Source: Chlorokybus atmophyticus
Lineage: Eukaryota > Plantae > Mesostigma and Chlorokybus algae
NCBI GenBank assembly: GCA_009103225.1
Contig: RHPI01003369.1
Span: 146,911 to 210,910 of the forward strand
Reading direction: 5' to 3'
DNA: 64,000 nucleotides
In this document: piece after piece, positions 38,901-50,909 of the stretch
Numbering within the stretch: position 1 is the stretch's first letter
Layout of the letters: each line of letters starts with the position of its first letter
Notes under the pieces: model-generated
Told to the model about the DNA's origin: nothing
The model's database searches: none
What the model saw: only the letters and a program-made list of their open reading frames with translations
Translations under genes and position numbers: made by a program

Positions 38901-39965
38901 TTAGCTGCCGCTAGCTCAGCTCACACGTTAAGCTTAAACTTACTGCTGCTGGGTGCTCCGCCAATGGCTTGCCACCATAAGGGCTTCGACTATGTGTGAA
39001 ATGGGTTACCATGCCCTTGCAGGTTGGGACGTAAGGGGAGGGAGGGGCTGATCCAGCTCGGTTCCTGCGCAGCAACCAACCCAACTCGCGAGGTGTTGGC
39101 TGAAAAGTACACTCGGAGCAACTAGTTCTGCATGTCTGTGCACCTACAGAGCTACCTAATGATCAGACACTCCTGCATGGCTACCATTTGCCAAGTGTGT
39201 ATGTAAATACATGCGCTGCTTGCTCTATGTGACTTGTTGCTATTGGCTGATAAAGTAGGAGGCCAGGGAGGGATGTGCGAATTTTGCTCTACTTGTAGCG
39301 TTTCCACACATACGTACTTGCAAATGGGCTTGGCAAACATATGCACAAGCATACGGACTTACAACACCTTATGGATGGAAGTCCTACCAGCTACTATTGG
39401 TGCAGCACTTCGCATGAGAGTCGCCGCACTACTGAAAGGAGAGGACACCCACCTTGGGACCCTTCTCATGCCAAATACTCACACCAAGAAGGAGAGGATG
39501 ACCAATTTGCTCCAGCCCTAGACACACACATGCATCTAACGTGGCGTACTCATACACATACACAACATCACACCCCACAAGGGATGAGAGGGAGAGCCCC
39601 CTTAACAGCTCCCAACCATGCACCCCACATACATAAGTTCGTACTCTTAGAGCACCTCACGTGATGATACCTATTGTAAGCTGACACAAGCTTATATAGT
39701 TCACTTGTTGCTCTCCAACTTGATACACAACATCCAAAGCCAACAAGGCCTTGCCACTGTGCGCTAACCTGTACACATAATAGTTTAACATAAGCATCAT
39801 CAAACTCCACCTCGGGAGTATTGCTGAGGTGATCTATTACTTCAAGTAAAACTTTTACTTGAATAAACATAGCCCTATAACACTTATTCAAGTCTACATG
39901 TTCAATACAGGACTTGTCTCATCATAAGACATCAACCTCACTATTGAACACAGGATAACACAGTA

Positions 39966-40472
39966 TGTATTACGAAATGAGGGGTTTCCAGTAGGTCACA
40001 TCAGCAAAAGGCGTTAACGATTGAGGATTTTACCTGAATTTATGCTACAATTGTAACACTCCTCCCCCTAAGGATGTGATGTCCCATAACCATCCAATCA
40101 CTAAGGAAGCTTGACGTAATTTTCCGTGCTAAGGGCACGTTATCGGCCGCCAGCCTACTCGGCGAATTGCGCAAGTTTTGGCCGCGGCAAGTTGCCATCT
40201 TTTTATCGATGGCCGACCTAAAACAACGGTCATTCCCACGCGATACAGCGACATGTCATGTCGCGGTGACAAGTGAATGTTCCTCACTCGTGCTTTGTTC
40301 CCGAAAGACTTAAGTTCTATATAGATATATCCCCCAGTGGAATTCGAACTCAGGACTTTTGGGTTTCTAAGCCGCGATACCAAATGTTGCGAAGTGAGGG
40401 GTTTCCATTGCGTCATCAGCAAAAGGCTCTGATAGTTGAGGATTAATTATAAAGTCACGCTACAATGTACTA
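39966..40472 (-). mobile_element. TRIM family 2, Helenus-like (older insertion)
   Basis: About 90-bp diverged LTRs (40385-40472, 39966-40058). On the minus strand the PBS TGGTATCGCGGC (40382-40371) lies 2 nt after the 5' LTR and the polypurine tract AGGGGGAGGAG (40069-40059) abuts the 3' LTR. Flanks cagta/tagta may be a degenerate TSD. Confidence 0.85.
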
Positions 40473-40661
40473 GTATGCCATTGTCAGCTTGCTGCTGCCT
40501 GTAGCAGACATAAAGTGCCAAACAACGTTCAACTGACGTAATTTGCCATCAACAGCTCATAGCTGTCTCCAGGTCACCATAGATGGCAACATTGTAAAAA
40601 CACTGTGACGTAAGGCTCACATGACCATTGTAGGCACTGATCAGCTCTGTGCACATATTGT

Positions 40662-43600
40662 TGCCTTGTGTAGTACTGTCCATGAACCCCAAGGAGACTT
40701 TTGATATAGTATGACGTGCCCGTGTGGTTCAACGTATGAAGCACTACACATCTCGACAAGTCATGTGTCCACATAGACCATATAATCCATATGAGTAGCA
40801 CATTTCCACATTCTTACCATCAAAGTATGTGACAGAATTTTTAATTTTTAATTTTCGCCAGCCCTACAGCTATGGGCGTGACATTCCTCCCCACTTGCAT
40901 TGCAATGACCGCGTTGCATAAAAGATGGGCACCACGTCCCACACAACCTCAGAGAGAGATGATCAAGCCCTGCTGGCTAATTGCACTCCACGCGTTACAG
41001 TAGTGCAAGTCGAGAAGTAATAAAACCAACTCTAATGGTACCAATGCATGCGGTGTTTGTATGTCACATCACGAGGTTGCAAGCACGTGCACATGCTTTG
41101 CAATTGAGCCCAAGCTCCGAGCACATGCTCAACCATGCCACCTGTGGATTTAAGCCCACTTCATAAAGTCCTCTCTTTTTGCAGCACGGTTACCAAAAGA
41201 TTGGCTCTCAGGCTATTATAGTCTTCATCATATTAAGCCACGTATGTCGTTTGAGGTTCTCGTGCTTCCTCACTGCTTGTTGAATTATTTGCTAACAAAG
41301 GCTTCAATCTCACGTGAGTGCACACTTGAGACTGCACCTGCCGTACCATGAAACGGACTGGTTGTTGTTTCGTCATACATGTACGGTTTCAACAATGCCT
41401 GACGGGACACCCACATGTTCCCACATACTACTTGGCTCTTGTATCCTTAAAACACACTCAATATCAGCAACAATGCCAAATCATGTGTTTATAGCACAGC
41501 CATTCTTACATACCTTGCTTATGATTTGAACATTTTCCATACTCCACGATAAGTGTTGCTCCTCCCCACCTAGGTTCGGAGACCTCACCAATGCTTTTGC
41601 TAACATAAGCAACTGTTTGCCACGCTCTTTGGAGCAATCGCCAAGTTGGACTTCAAAGTCTCTACCAAATTGTGATTGATTGCCACTGTTTTGCATGTAT
41701 GGCAGTTCCAATGCCGCAACGGCATCTGATGCCATAACAACTTTTACCAAGTGACGTACCCATCAATGCCTTACATGCATACCCGGTGACGTAAGTTGCC
41801 AACAGTCTCATCGACTGGTGTGGTAACATTGCATACGATGGCAACTCATGCTGAACATCAAGCTCGCGCACGCGCATGCGCTGTCGCGGCTGTCAACATG
41901 GGTAAACATCTCATATCTTTGTAAGAAAACATAAAAGGTTTGTAAGAAGATAAGGAGGGTTGTGGTCGGTGAACACACCCGCCTTCCACCCCTTCCAGAC
42001 AGCAGCGCTACCTATGTGGCGCATGCACATCCCCAACAACCACTACTTGGTTGTCATGTACGCACATGCGTAGCCTACCATCTCTTAAACATGGATGCGT
42101 GCCTCGAAGGAAGAGCCACTTGGCTTCATGCAACCCTTGTCAAGCAAGGCCGTAATCAATCTCCATATCCGCATTAATAGCTTGAGTTATCCCATACATA
42201 GGCTTCATGGAGGTTCTTGAACACACCAACGTGCTCATGTGATGCACTAGAGACTTCATGCACATTGGCGTACATCGCCAGATTTCACCAAATGGCGTGT
42301 TCTTGAAGTCAGCATTGATAGTCAATTGTTGGTTGCCATATGCTTGACAAATTGATGCGCAGGAAGCAGCAGCAGTGGTAGCCAACGCCACCCATACTTG
42401 GAGAGTCTTAACCTTCCTTGTCATGCCGCTCCTTTTACCTGTGTATACTCAACACAGTAGTAAGATACTTGGCATTGCATCAACACATGTAAGCACACCA
42501 TCGTGCCCATGTGCATGTAAGGGTACACGACCCCGCCCTTTGCATATGCTGCAAAGCTAGGTGCATATTGAAGTCATTCTCCAACCCAGCAACATTGCAT
42601 AATTGGGCTAGATGTGACATCAAGTCATTATAAGCTCATTGCTTGTGTATAGTAACAACATCCATGGAGCAATTATTACATGGCAGTCTCCATTGCATGC
42701 CGTACTACGTATAGTATGGCATGACTTCTTGCATTGTTCATGCCCCTGACACACAAGAGCATGCGTAAGCTATAGCGCTAGCCTCATGGCTACACCTGAG
42801 GCCGTGTTGTTGCATTGCACCCACGGACGCATTAACATGTTCTTCACATGAGACCTAATCGAAACTCTTCACAAATGCAAACATGCAATGTCCGCCTCGT
42901 GTTCAAAAGTTGTTACAACAACAACCTTGCTGCAACTTTCAAGTGCAATGGTTAGTTGCTCACATAAAGTGGCTACCATAATGGTCAATCACGGGAGGTT
43001 CATGGCAATATCATTGCCCAAGGATACCTCCTCACATGCTGCACGGTGCTACTCATCCATCCTCACAATGGGTCAGACCAACACGATATGGTGCAGCTGT
43101 AATGAAAGCACTCGTGCGCGCACGCATGCGCACATACATGCAGTTAGTGCAACAACGCACCGATTGTTAAACCCTCCCTGCGTGGCAGCTCCTTATTGAC
43201 TGCTGGTCGGCTTGACTTGCGTCATAAGTCACGAATGTTATTGTATAAATCATTAGGAGTCTTTAGACCTTGTTTCGCCCCATGGCAAAATGTAATGTAT
43301 CAATGCCTTGTGTGGTACTATTCAAGAACCTCAAGAGGACTGGGACGTGTCCGTGTGGTTCAACCTATCACGCAGTATACAGCTCGACAAGCGATAAGTC
43401 CACATAAACCACATAGTCTTTATGAGTAGCACACTTCCACATTCCTACCATTAAAGTAAGTGACAGAGAGACCCACTTAAAACAATGCGGTCTGAGAAAT
43501 ACACTTTAGCAATATCGAGTGACAACCCGAAATCCCAAGTCAAATGACGTAATCCATTACTCATATGGTAATGTCAATTCATATGGTAATGTCAATTCAT

Positions 43601-43786
43601 AATTAGTAACAATTAGACACTTATAATTAACCACTTACGATATGAAAACAAAATCAAAGCAAAATTATAAAAATAAAGAAGTTAATTGAAAATTGCAAAT
43701 TTTATAACAAAATGATGGTTAACAATACAAATGTTGCCATAAATGCACAAGTAGTGACTTTCGCCAGCCCTATGGGCATGACATTA
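40662..43786. mobile_element. Diverged direct repeats (40662-40836 / 43304-43467, plus a short motif at about 40853 / 43760) around a decayed interior; probable old retroelement
   Basis: Shared blocks tgccttgtgt.gtact, gacgtg.ccgtgtggttcaac, tatgagtagcaca.ttccacatt, gtgacaga and tttcgccagcccta..tgggc.tgacatt. The interior has only short broken ORFs. Confidence 0.45.
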
Positions 43787-45548
43787 CTGCTCTAGCACAG
43801 CTGCCAGGCCAACGAGGCGCTTGGGTTAAGGGACAACCTGCAGCTGAGTGTTGATTGGGGATTGATTAGATAGTCTGGCATGACTGCCATTGCTCAATAA
43901 ATGATCAAAAACTTGTGCATGCCTGACATGCAAGGCTCCCCATTGTTCTTGCATAGCTGCTCGCTTATTCAATGACACGCTTGGGTATATGTGCTCCTTG
44001 CAGTTGCGTGGTGATTGGGTAGGGGGTGTGACACCGTTGTGCCTTCACACACAGCGTGCCGGTGCCTTGTGATGCAACCGTGCACACCACAAGGCAATGC
44101 ACACTTGCTACACATGCTACAGCAGTGCACTATGCTGCCAAGCACAATGCACAAGGGCTGAACCGGTTCGACGAGGCTCTGGTTAGCTGGTCGCGGTTGT
44201 TTCCAAGCTGTCCTTGCATGCCCAATTACGTATAGCAAGCAGAGCCTGCCACCAGACCGTCAGGCTGCCACTAGACGTTGGTTTCAAGGCAACTCCTGTA
44301 TGTCCTGTATGTATGTAATGTGTTTGTAAATACTTCCTTCCTGATACGTGTTACTCGTGCGCTTGTGTACGATGGCAGAACGTGTGGTGCATATGTCCGT
44401 AGAACCTGTCTTGATGGACTTGAGCACTCCATACACCCTGAGCATAGCTGCTACCTTGCTTGCCCTGCTCTGCCCTGCTCACCCGCCCCCGCCCTCGACC
44501 TTTGTACGCACTTAGACACGGCATAAGGCTAGGTGCTGCCCTTGCCCCTGTCTTAATTCCTTTGCTAGCTTGCGTGCTTGTGATGTTTGCTGTTGCTTAG
44601 TGTGTGAGTGCACTTTGCATCAGAACCACTTGGATAGCACATACCTGTAGGTGAGGGTAGATTGTTTTATCGCCAGCGGCAACGGTCAGCGTGCTGCTAT
44701 TGTCACGTATGTTTGGGGCTCACTAGCGACAAGACAATACAAGTGTGTGTAGTCTGAGGAACATTGCACGCGACGCATAGTCAGCTGCTGATGGTGCGCT
44801 AAAGACAAAAACTACTACGAGCCTGTTGAGTAGGCCCTAAATGAGCAACTCCCTTCAAAGTGGTCTGGTGCCAAGTGATGGATGGTTGTCTGCACTTCAA
44901 TCAAGCAGCAACACCTGGAAGGCGCACACGGCTCGTAGGCTAATGCAAACATGCATGCATGTAGTCTACGCTTGCAGGCATGTATCACGTGCCTGCGACA
45001 GCTCTGAAACTGCACGCACAAGGTGGGGCGAATGCACCACTGTGAGCATGCAATGTTTGTGTTATCAACACAAAGGTATGCTACTGTGCGTGCAAGTGGA
45101 CGGGTTACATGCCAGTGGATGGTGTGTGGCAGTGTTGTAGCATATCACACTGCATATGCTATATGCGCATGTCATGACACTGCGAAGCCATGCCCCTGCA
45201 GCGGCAGCAGGAGGTATGAGGAAGCACAGTCTGTTCGTCAGCCAACCCAGAACATAATGGTGGCAATCAGCATGATGGTCAATCCCGATATCAGTCGCAA
45301 CACAGTCTTCAACAAAGTGTGGGGCATGCATAGCAAAGCAATTGAAAATTTCAAGCATGCACAACGAAAACAAGTCTTGAGAAGCTGTATACAGAGAAGG
45401 CATTGTTACAACGCAAGCATGCTGCGTGTGTTCAACTTGTATTTAACTTGCCATAGCGACTACTGTACAATGATATAAGCTGTCGAACGCGCACTGAGTA
45501 CTCAATAACTGGCTTGCTCGATGACTGTCGTCCCAACACTTAAGTGCA

Positions 45549-46811
45549 CTAAGCCAGAGCATCATTGCGGCCCTTGCCTCCTTCAACTTTTGTCAACTGC
45601 AGAGCAACAAGAACCAAGCATGTCCGATGATGATGACAGTGTCATGATCATGATGGTGCTGATGGTAAATGGTGTTTTGCGTACACACCTTGGGTGCTTC
45701 GCCTGTGTGGGGGAGGGGCTCAAAGATGGTCACATGCGCAAACTTGTCGTCGCCAGTCTCCACCTTCACCATGTAGTTTGTGCCGGCCACAACCTGCCAT
45801 GCCAGTGGGTCGTTAAACCTGTTTCCTCAGTACGCATGGCATTTGCATTGACGGCTTCGCCAGGAGCACTACTGCACAACCAACAGCAGTACCAAGTGTG
45901 ATACTCAACCCAAAATCAGAAGCATCGCAAGATGCAGAGGGGTGCCATTGATGTGATGCATCCGCAGCACATGCAATGCAGATACGGGCCCAAAGCGCAA
46001 TTGTGAAATGCAAGAATAATATTGCTAAGATTGATTCATGTTGGCCCAAACGACAAAAACACAAATATGGACGGATGTATGATTCAATAGCGCAGCGTTG
46101 CACTCAGAGTTCATCAGTATAAGAATTACAGTACCTGCTTCTTGTAGCTCACTGGGTGCCACTTATCCACCGGCCCGTTCAGTGCATTCTCAGCTTCTCC
46201 TCTCACCTGCACATGTAGCATGTGAGTGAACAAAGTGTTATGAAGCAAGCACTGTTCACTTCAAACTTAAGATGTTGAGGTAGTAATGATGTGGACGTAT
46301 GAGGCAATGCTTTGCAAGCATGCTTCTGATCGAACACTGCTGCTGTAAGCTCTGTTGAGCGAATGAGGCATGTTGTGAGGTAAACTGAAGCAGCGAACCG
46401 ACAGCAGCGCTGACGTGACTAATGACTTGACAAATAGCTTGACTCTCACTCGCACAATACGCGACGACGTAAGTTAGGGTTTTGTGGACAGCTGCTCAGC
46501 AACACATCGTGCAGCCCAAGCTGGCAACATGGCTTGACAATTGGAAAACCCTGAGAACTTGATTTGGCAACATGGATAAACGGACAGCACTATCAGCGGT
46601 GAACCCTAATGAAAACAACAACAGGCCAGGTCACGCATACCTGTTCGACAAGCTTATGGACGTCCTCAGTAACCGGCTTCTCGTCGTTGTAGCCACCCAT
46701 GAGAGGCATGGCTGCAGCGGCGCCGACGAGGAGAACGACACAGAGCACGACAAGAGCACTGAAGGGCAGCGCTCTGCTCCCGACCTGACCGCCGCCGCCT
46801 GCTCCACGCAT
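45549..46811 (-). CDS. Stefin-type (family 1) cystatin with a predicted signal peptide, paralogue B
   Basis: Exons 46811-46641, 46206-46135, 45793-45689 and 45596-45549 give MRGAGGGGQVGSRALPFSALVVLCVVLLVGAAAAMPLMGGYNDEKPVTEDVHKLVEQVRGEAENALNGPVDKWHPVSYKKQVVAGTNYMVKVETGDDKFAHVTIFEPLPHTGEAPKLTKVEGGKGRNDALA*, with QVVAG and the stefin LPH loop. Confidence 0.92.
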
Positions 46812-47999
46812 GTCCACGTCAACCAAGCAATATGAGCACGATTTTTGGCGATGTGTACGTGCGGCGATCCGAAATTTGCCCAATTGCCCAACGTAATATC
46901 CAACAAAGAGACGTTGATATCTGACAAACTGTTAATATCGACTTGTCGTGCTTACGGGGACGGTTACCGGACAATTCCTTGCTGTGGACAGGTTTCAAAG
47001 CCTTCAAGGTTCGCAATGTGACAAACACCCCCGGTCTAAGTGCGTAACTTGACCGGTGGTGGATGACGCCAGCTGCAGCGGCGGCATGCGCGGCGTTGTT
47101 AGGGATGTTGTTGCCAGCAGTGGTTCGGGGTAGACAAGCTCAGTTTATTGCATGATAAGCTTGATGGAAAGAAGCTGCTCCAAAACCAAGCAACGCCAAT
47201 GTGTTGCTGTGTTATTGACACTGCTCCATGCAGAGGCTTGCCAGGTTAGACTTGCTATCACTACCACCTTCACATCCACCACAGCCTCTGGGACTGGGAG
47301 CATCAAACATTACACCAGAACTGCTACTACCACTGGAAGTACTGGTGTCACTGACCTGCAGATTGGCCTTGCGTCTGAAACTGGCAACGCAGAGTAAATC
47401 GAGTTGTAAGGCTCTGTGTGGTGTGGTGTGCTAGAAGCTCCAATAGTGGCATGACGTGTGCGGAGTCATCTCATTTTGAGTCGTCTCACTGTTGTTTAAC
47501 GCAATCGCGTCCATGCCACCGTCATCATGGACACACCTGAGCAGCTGTTCAACGTATGCCGCCACAGCGACAAGAGTGGCAGTGGGCATTGGCTCAGAGC
47601 ACAGCGGTCACCGGCTGCATTCACTCCTGCATCCATGCATGCTGCCCATATGCAGGTTGCGAGCGTCGTAAGTAGAACAATATCAATTGAGGGCTGCTCC
47701 GTTTGCAACTGGGCTTCAACTGTGACACACACGCACACACATGCACAAGTACTGTTGGTCCACAGGTGTCCCAATGCTCACTCACATTGATGGGGGAAAA
47801 TACCTAAGACAGCAATGCGCTGCCGGTTATGACAAATTGAAATCCTACCTGCCTGTTCACAAAACACGCATACAAATCACCAACTAACCCTGTCTAACAA
47901 GACCGTCTAAGTAAGAAACACCCTCCCATACATACTCCAAACTCAATCCAATGACTGTATCCAACAATCCAATCACCTACGCTATTCCCCTCCCCTTCC

Positions 48000-50452
48000 C
48001 TACCCCTTCCCTTCCCCCACATTGCTCTGTCCCTGCTGCATCATCTCGCCTCCCCCTCTTCCACCCAAGAAACTCTGCATGTGCTCTCTGGTGCTGATAC
48101 TCAGTCTGGGTATGGGCGCCGCGAGCAGAGTGCGATCAAACTCCCCAGGTGATAGCATGGGAGAGAACAAAGACTCGTCCACCGGGGGGTAGGTGATGTC
48201 GGAGGAGGAGGAGGAGCACTCGGGGATGAGGATGGAGAGGGGAGCGGAGGGGTGGGAGGAGAGAGGGGATAAGGTGGGGTCGGCGCGACTGGACCTGCAG
48301 GGGGTGGGATGCATGTTGGAGGGGAGGAAAGCAACACGCACGTGCACGCGCATGTAAAACACACACGCACGCCCAGGTACACACGCATGCGCGTGCGCGC
48401 GCACCCACACACAAGCACATGCACGCACATGCGCACACACGCCATGACAATGACTCACGCGTACCGTCTGCCTCCAATGGAGCGGTTGGGTATGGCGATG
48501 CTGTTGTCGGGGGCGCGCGCGCGCGGGTGGGGCGGCAGCTTGCTGCCGTTATTGTTGTTGCTGTTGTTGTTGCTGCCAGGACCCAGCATGCTGCGCTTCT
48601 CACGCATCTTGCGCGAGGAGTAGTTGTCCTCGTTGTCGCTGCCCTTGTGCGGACTGCCCAACTCCAGATCTGGGAAAAGGGGATGGTGAGCACACGCACA
48701 CCACATCACACATACCCACATGTCAGCAACTTGTGCGAACGGACTTTCCACCTCCAAGTAAGAAGTAAGATATGGCAAATCACACACACGCACACACATG
48801 CACGCGCGTGCGCACGTGCACACACTGACATATGCATGCACGCACGCGCACAGACTCGCACACACATACACAACGTCACCCATGCCCACATGCCCACATG
48901 AGGTCACCTCTCACCCCAACAACCCCCCCTCCCTTCCCCCCCCCCCCCCCCCCCCCCCCNNNNNNNNNCGTTGTGCTGTGCCACCTCCTCGGCGACCCCA
49001 ATTCATCCACCAATAACCTCTTCGCTTCGTTCCCATCCACCACTTCGATCGGTCTCACCCTGACCCTCTTGATCCTCCCAATCACGCTCCCCCCACTCCC
49101 GGTGATGTTGATACGTCGTGTAATTGACAAGGTCCGGCCCGCGGCCCAGAGGCCGAAGGCGATGAGGGCGGAGGCGGAGAGGACCACGGCGAGGTAGGGG
49201 GGGAGGAGGGGAGGGGAGGAGTCGAAGTCCACGGAGGGGAGGGAGGGGAGGGAAGCTGAGAGAGAAGGACAGTCAGACTTGTGGGTATGCGTGTGGGTGT
49301 GCATATGCATGCGTGCGCACACGCACACATTGGCCCACGGAGGCATGCAAGCACACACATTCCGGCATGCAGGAGCTCGTGTGCGTGCGTGAGCACACGT
49401 GTGTGTGCGTGGGCATGTGTGCGTGTGTATGTGTGTGCGCGCACACCCTGATACACGTATGCTTGCATAAGGGGTGTAGAGACATGCGGGCATAGACATG
49501 ACCACAAGCGCATGTTGTTGCCCATATGCGAACAAGCAGTGGTACTCACCGCTAAGCTGTCTGTTGTTGACCGCTTCCTCTGCCACTCCCTCAATCTCTC
49601 CCACTCTCCACATATACTCCGCCACCGGCCTGTTGTCCCCACCCTCACCCTCACCCTCTTCACTGTCCACCACGCTGCGCACACGCACAACGTGCCAACC
49701 CGAGGGCGAGTCGGGTGCCTGTATCGGGCTCGAGCACGGGACCCACGCAAGATTGTTGGAGTTGTACTCGAGCTTTGGAACGCACGGGCCCGTGTTGATG
49801 ATCGATACAACATCTTTGGGAACGATGATAAGGGCGGATGCGGTGTTCCCGCCGCAACGCAGTTGTTGGGTGTGTTGTTGGGTTTGTTGGGTTGGTGTGG
49901 GGATGAGTGGAGTGCAGCCGGATGATACTGCGGATATGACTGATGAGGGGAGGAATACTTTGGTTGTATCGACACCGCAGAGGTGCCAACCCGAGTCGCT
50001 TGGCTGCGGACAGACGTGTGCACAAAATGTGGGTGTGATACACGCAATTGAGTGAAGTTGTGGACTCAAACTTAGGAGGGAAGCTTGAAAGTTGGCAGAT
50101 GTTGGGATATCAAGGATTGGTGTGAAGCACAACATGTATGGGTGCGTGCGTGTTTGACCATGTGTGCGCGCACACGCGCACGCGTGTGTGTTTGTGCGTG
50201 CGTGCGTGCGTGTGCGTGTGCGTGTGCGCGTGCGCGTGCGTGCCTCACCTTGGCAACAGACAGCTGGCATTCTGTCGGTCCAGCTGCTTCAAAGGCGATG
50301 ATACCCTTAGTACTGTTTGATTGCAACCCAGGCGCCGATATGATGCGCACGGAAGAGGATAGATATCCGTCATGTGCATTCGCTGTTGATGGATACAGCA
50401 GCAGTAAACTACAGCAGACCCACACGGTGGTCACCCACACGCCGCCTGGCAT
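48000..50452 (-). CDS. Orphan type-I membrane protein (signal peptide, Cys-containing ectodomain, one TM, low-complexity tail); spans an assembly gap
   Basis: MPGGVWVTTVWVCCSLLLLYPSTANA..., ectodomain exon PSDSGWHLCGVDTTKVF...WHVVRVRS, TM YLAVVLSASALIAFGLWAAG, tail exons DLELGSPHKG... and ...NVGEGKG*. Confidence 0.65.
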
Positions 50453-50489
50453 TGGATTTTCTGCTCTATTACGTGACCATAGCAGCAAT

Positions 50490-50720
50490 TGGTATGTTTT
50501 GGCCTGGTCTGGTCATGCCTGGCATGGTTCGGCCTGGCCTGCTCTCTCAAGTCACCAGCAGCCTGTGGCGGCCTGGCCAACACTCCTTCCCTGAACGCTG
50601 CTCTGGCCTGGTGTCGTCCTGTATGGGATGGTAGGGATGTGCAGTTGGGTCTGGTCTGGTCTGGTCCGCTCCGCCGCTTGGCCTACTCCGCTGCGGCTTG
50701 GCCTGGTCCGGCCTGGTCAA
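50490..50720. repeat. Degenerate 5-bp (TGGTC/TGGCC) array between two divergent genes
   Basis: Recurrent tggtctggtc, tggcctgg and ggcctggtc units between the membrane-protein start and the HISN7 start. Confidence 0.6.
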
Positions 50721-50909
50721 GTGCTATGATGACATCACGTGAGGGGCGCACCTCGCCGCTCCTACGCCGTCAGATTGGCTGCTAGCACGGTCTGTAACGG
50801 CCGTCGGATCGTAAGCCATTTGCTTTACGTTACGTCACGCTTGAGTTATGTCATGCGTAACGTGTAGCACATGATCACAGCGTAATGACTCAGTGTGACG
50901 GTGGCGGCG

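Noticed and set aside
47040-47780. Short ORFs on both strands between stefin B and the membrane protein
   Set aside because: No motif or joinable exon structure.
48932-48968. Poly-C run as a G-quadruplex element
   Set aside because: It abuts an N gap, so its length and context are unreliable.
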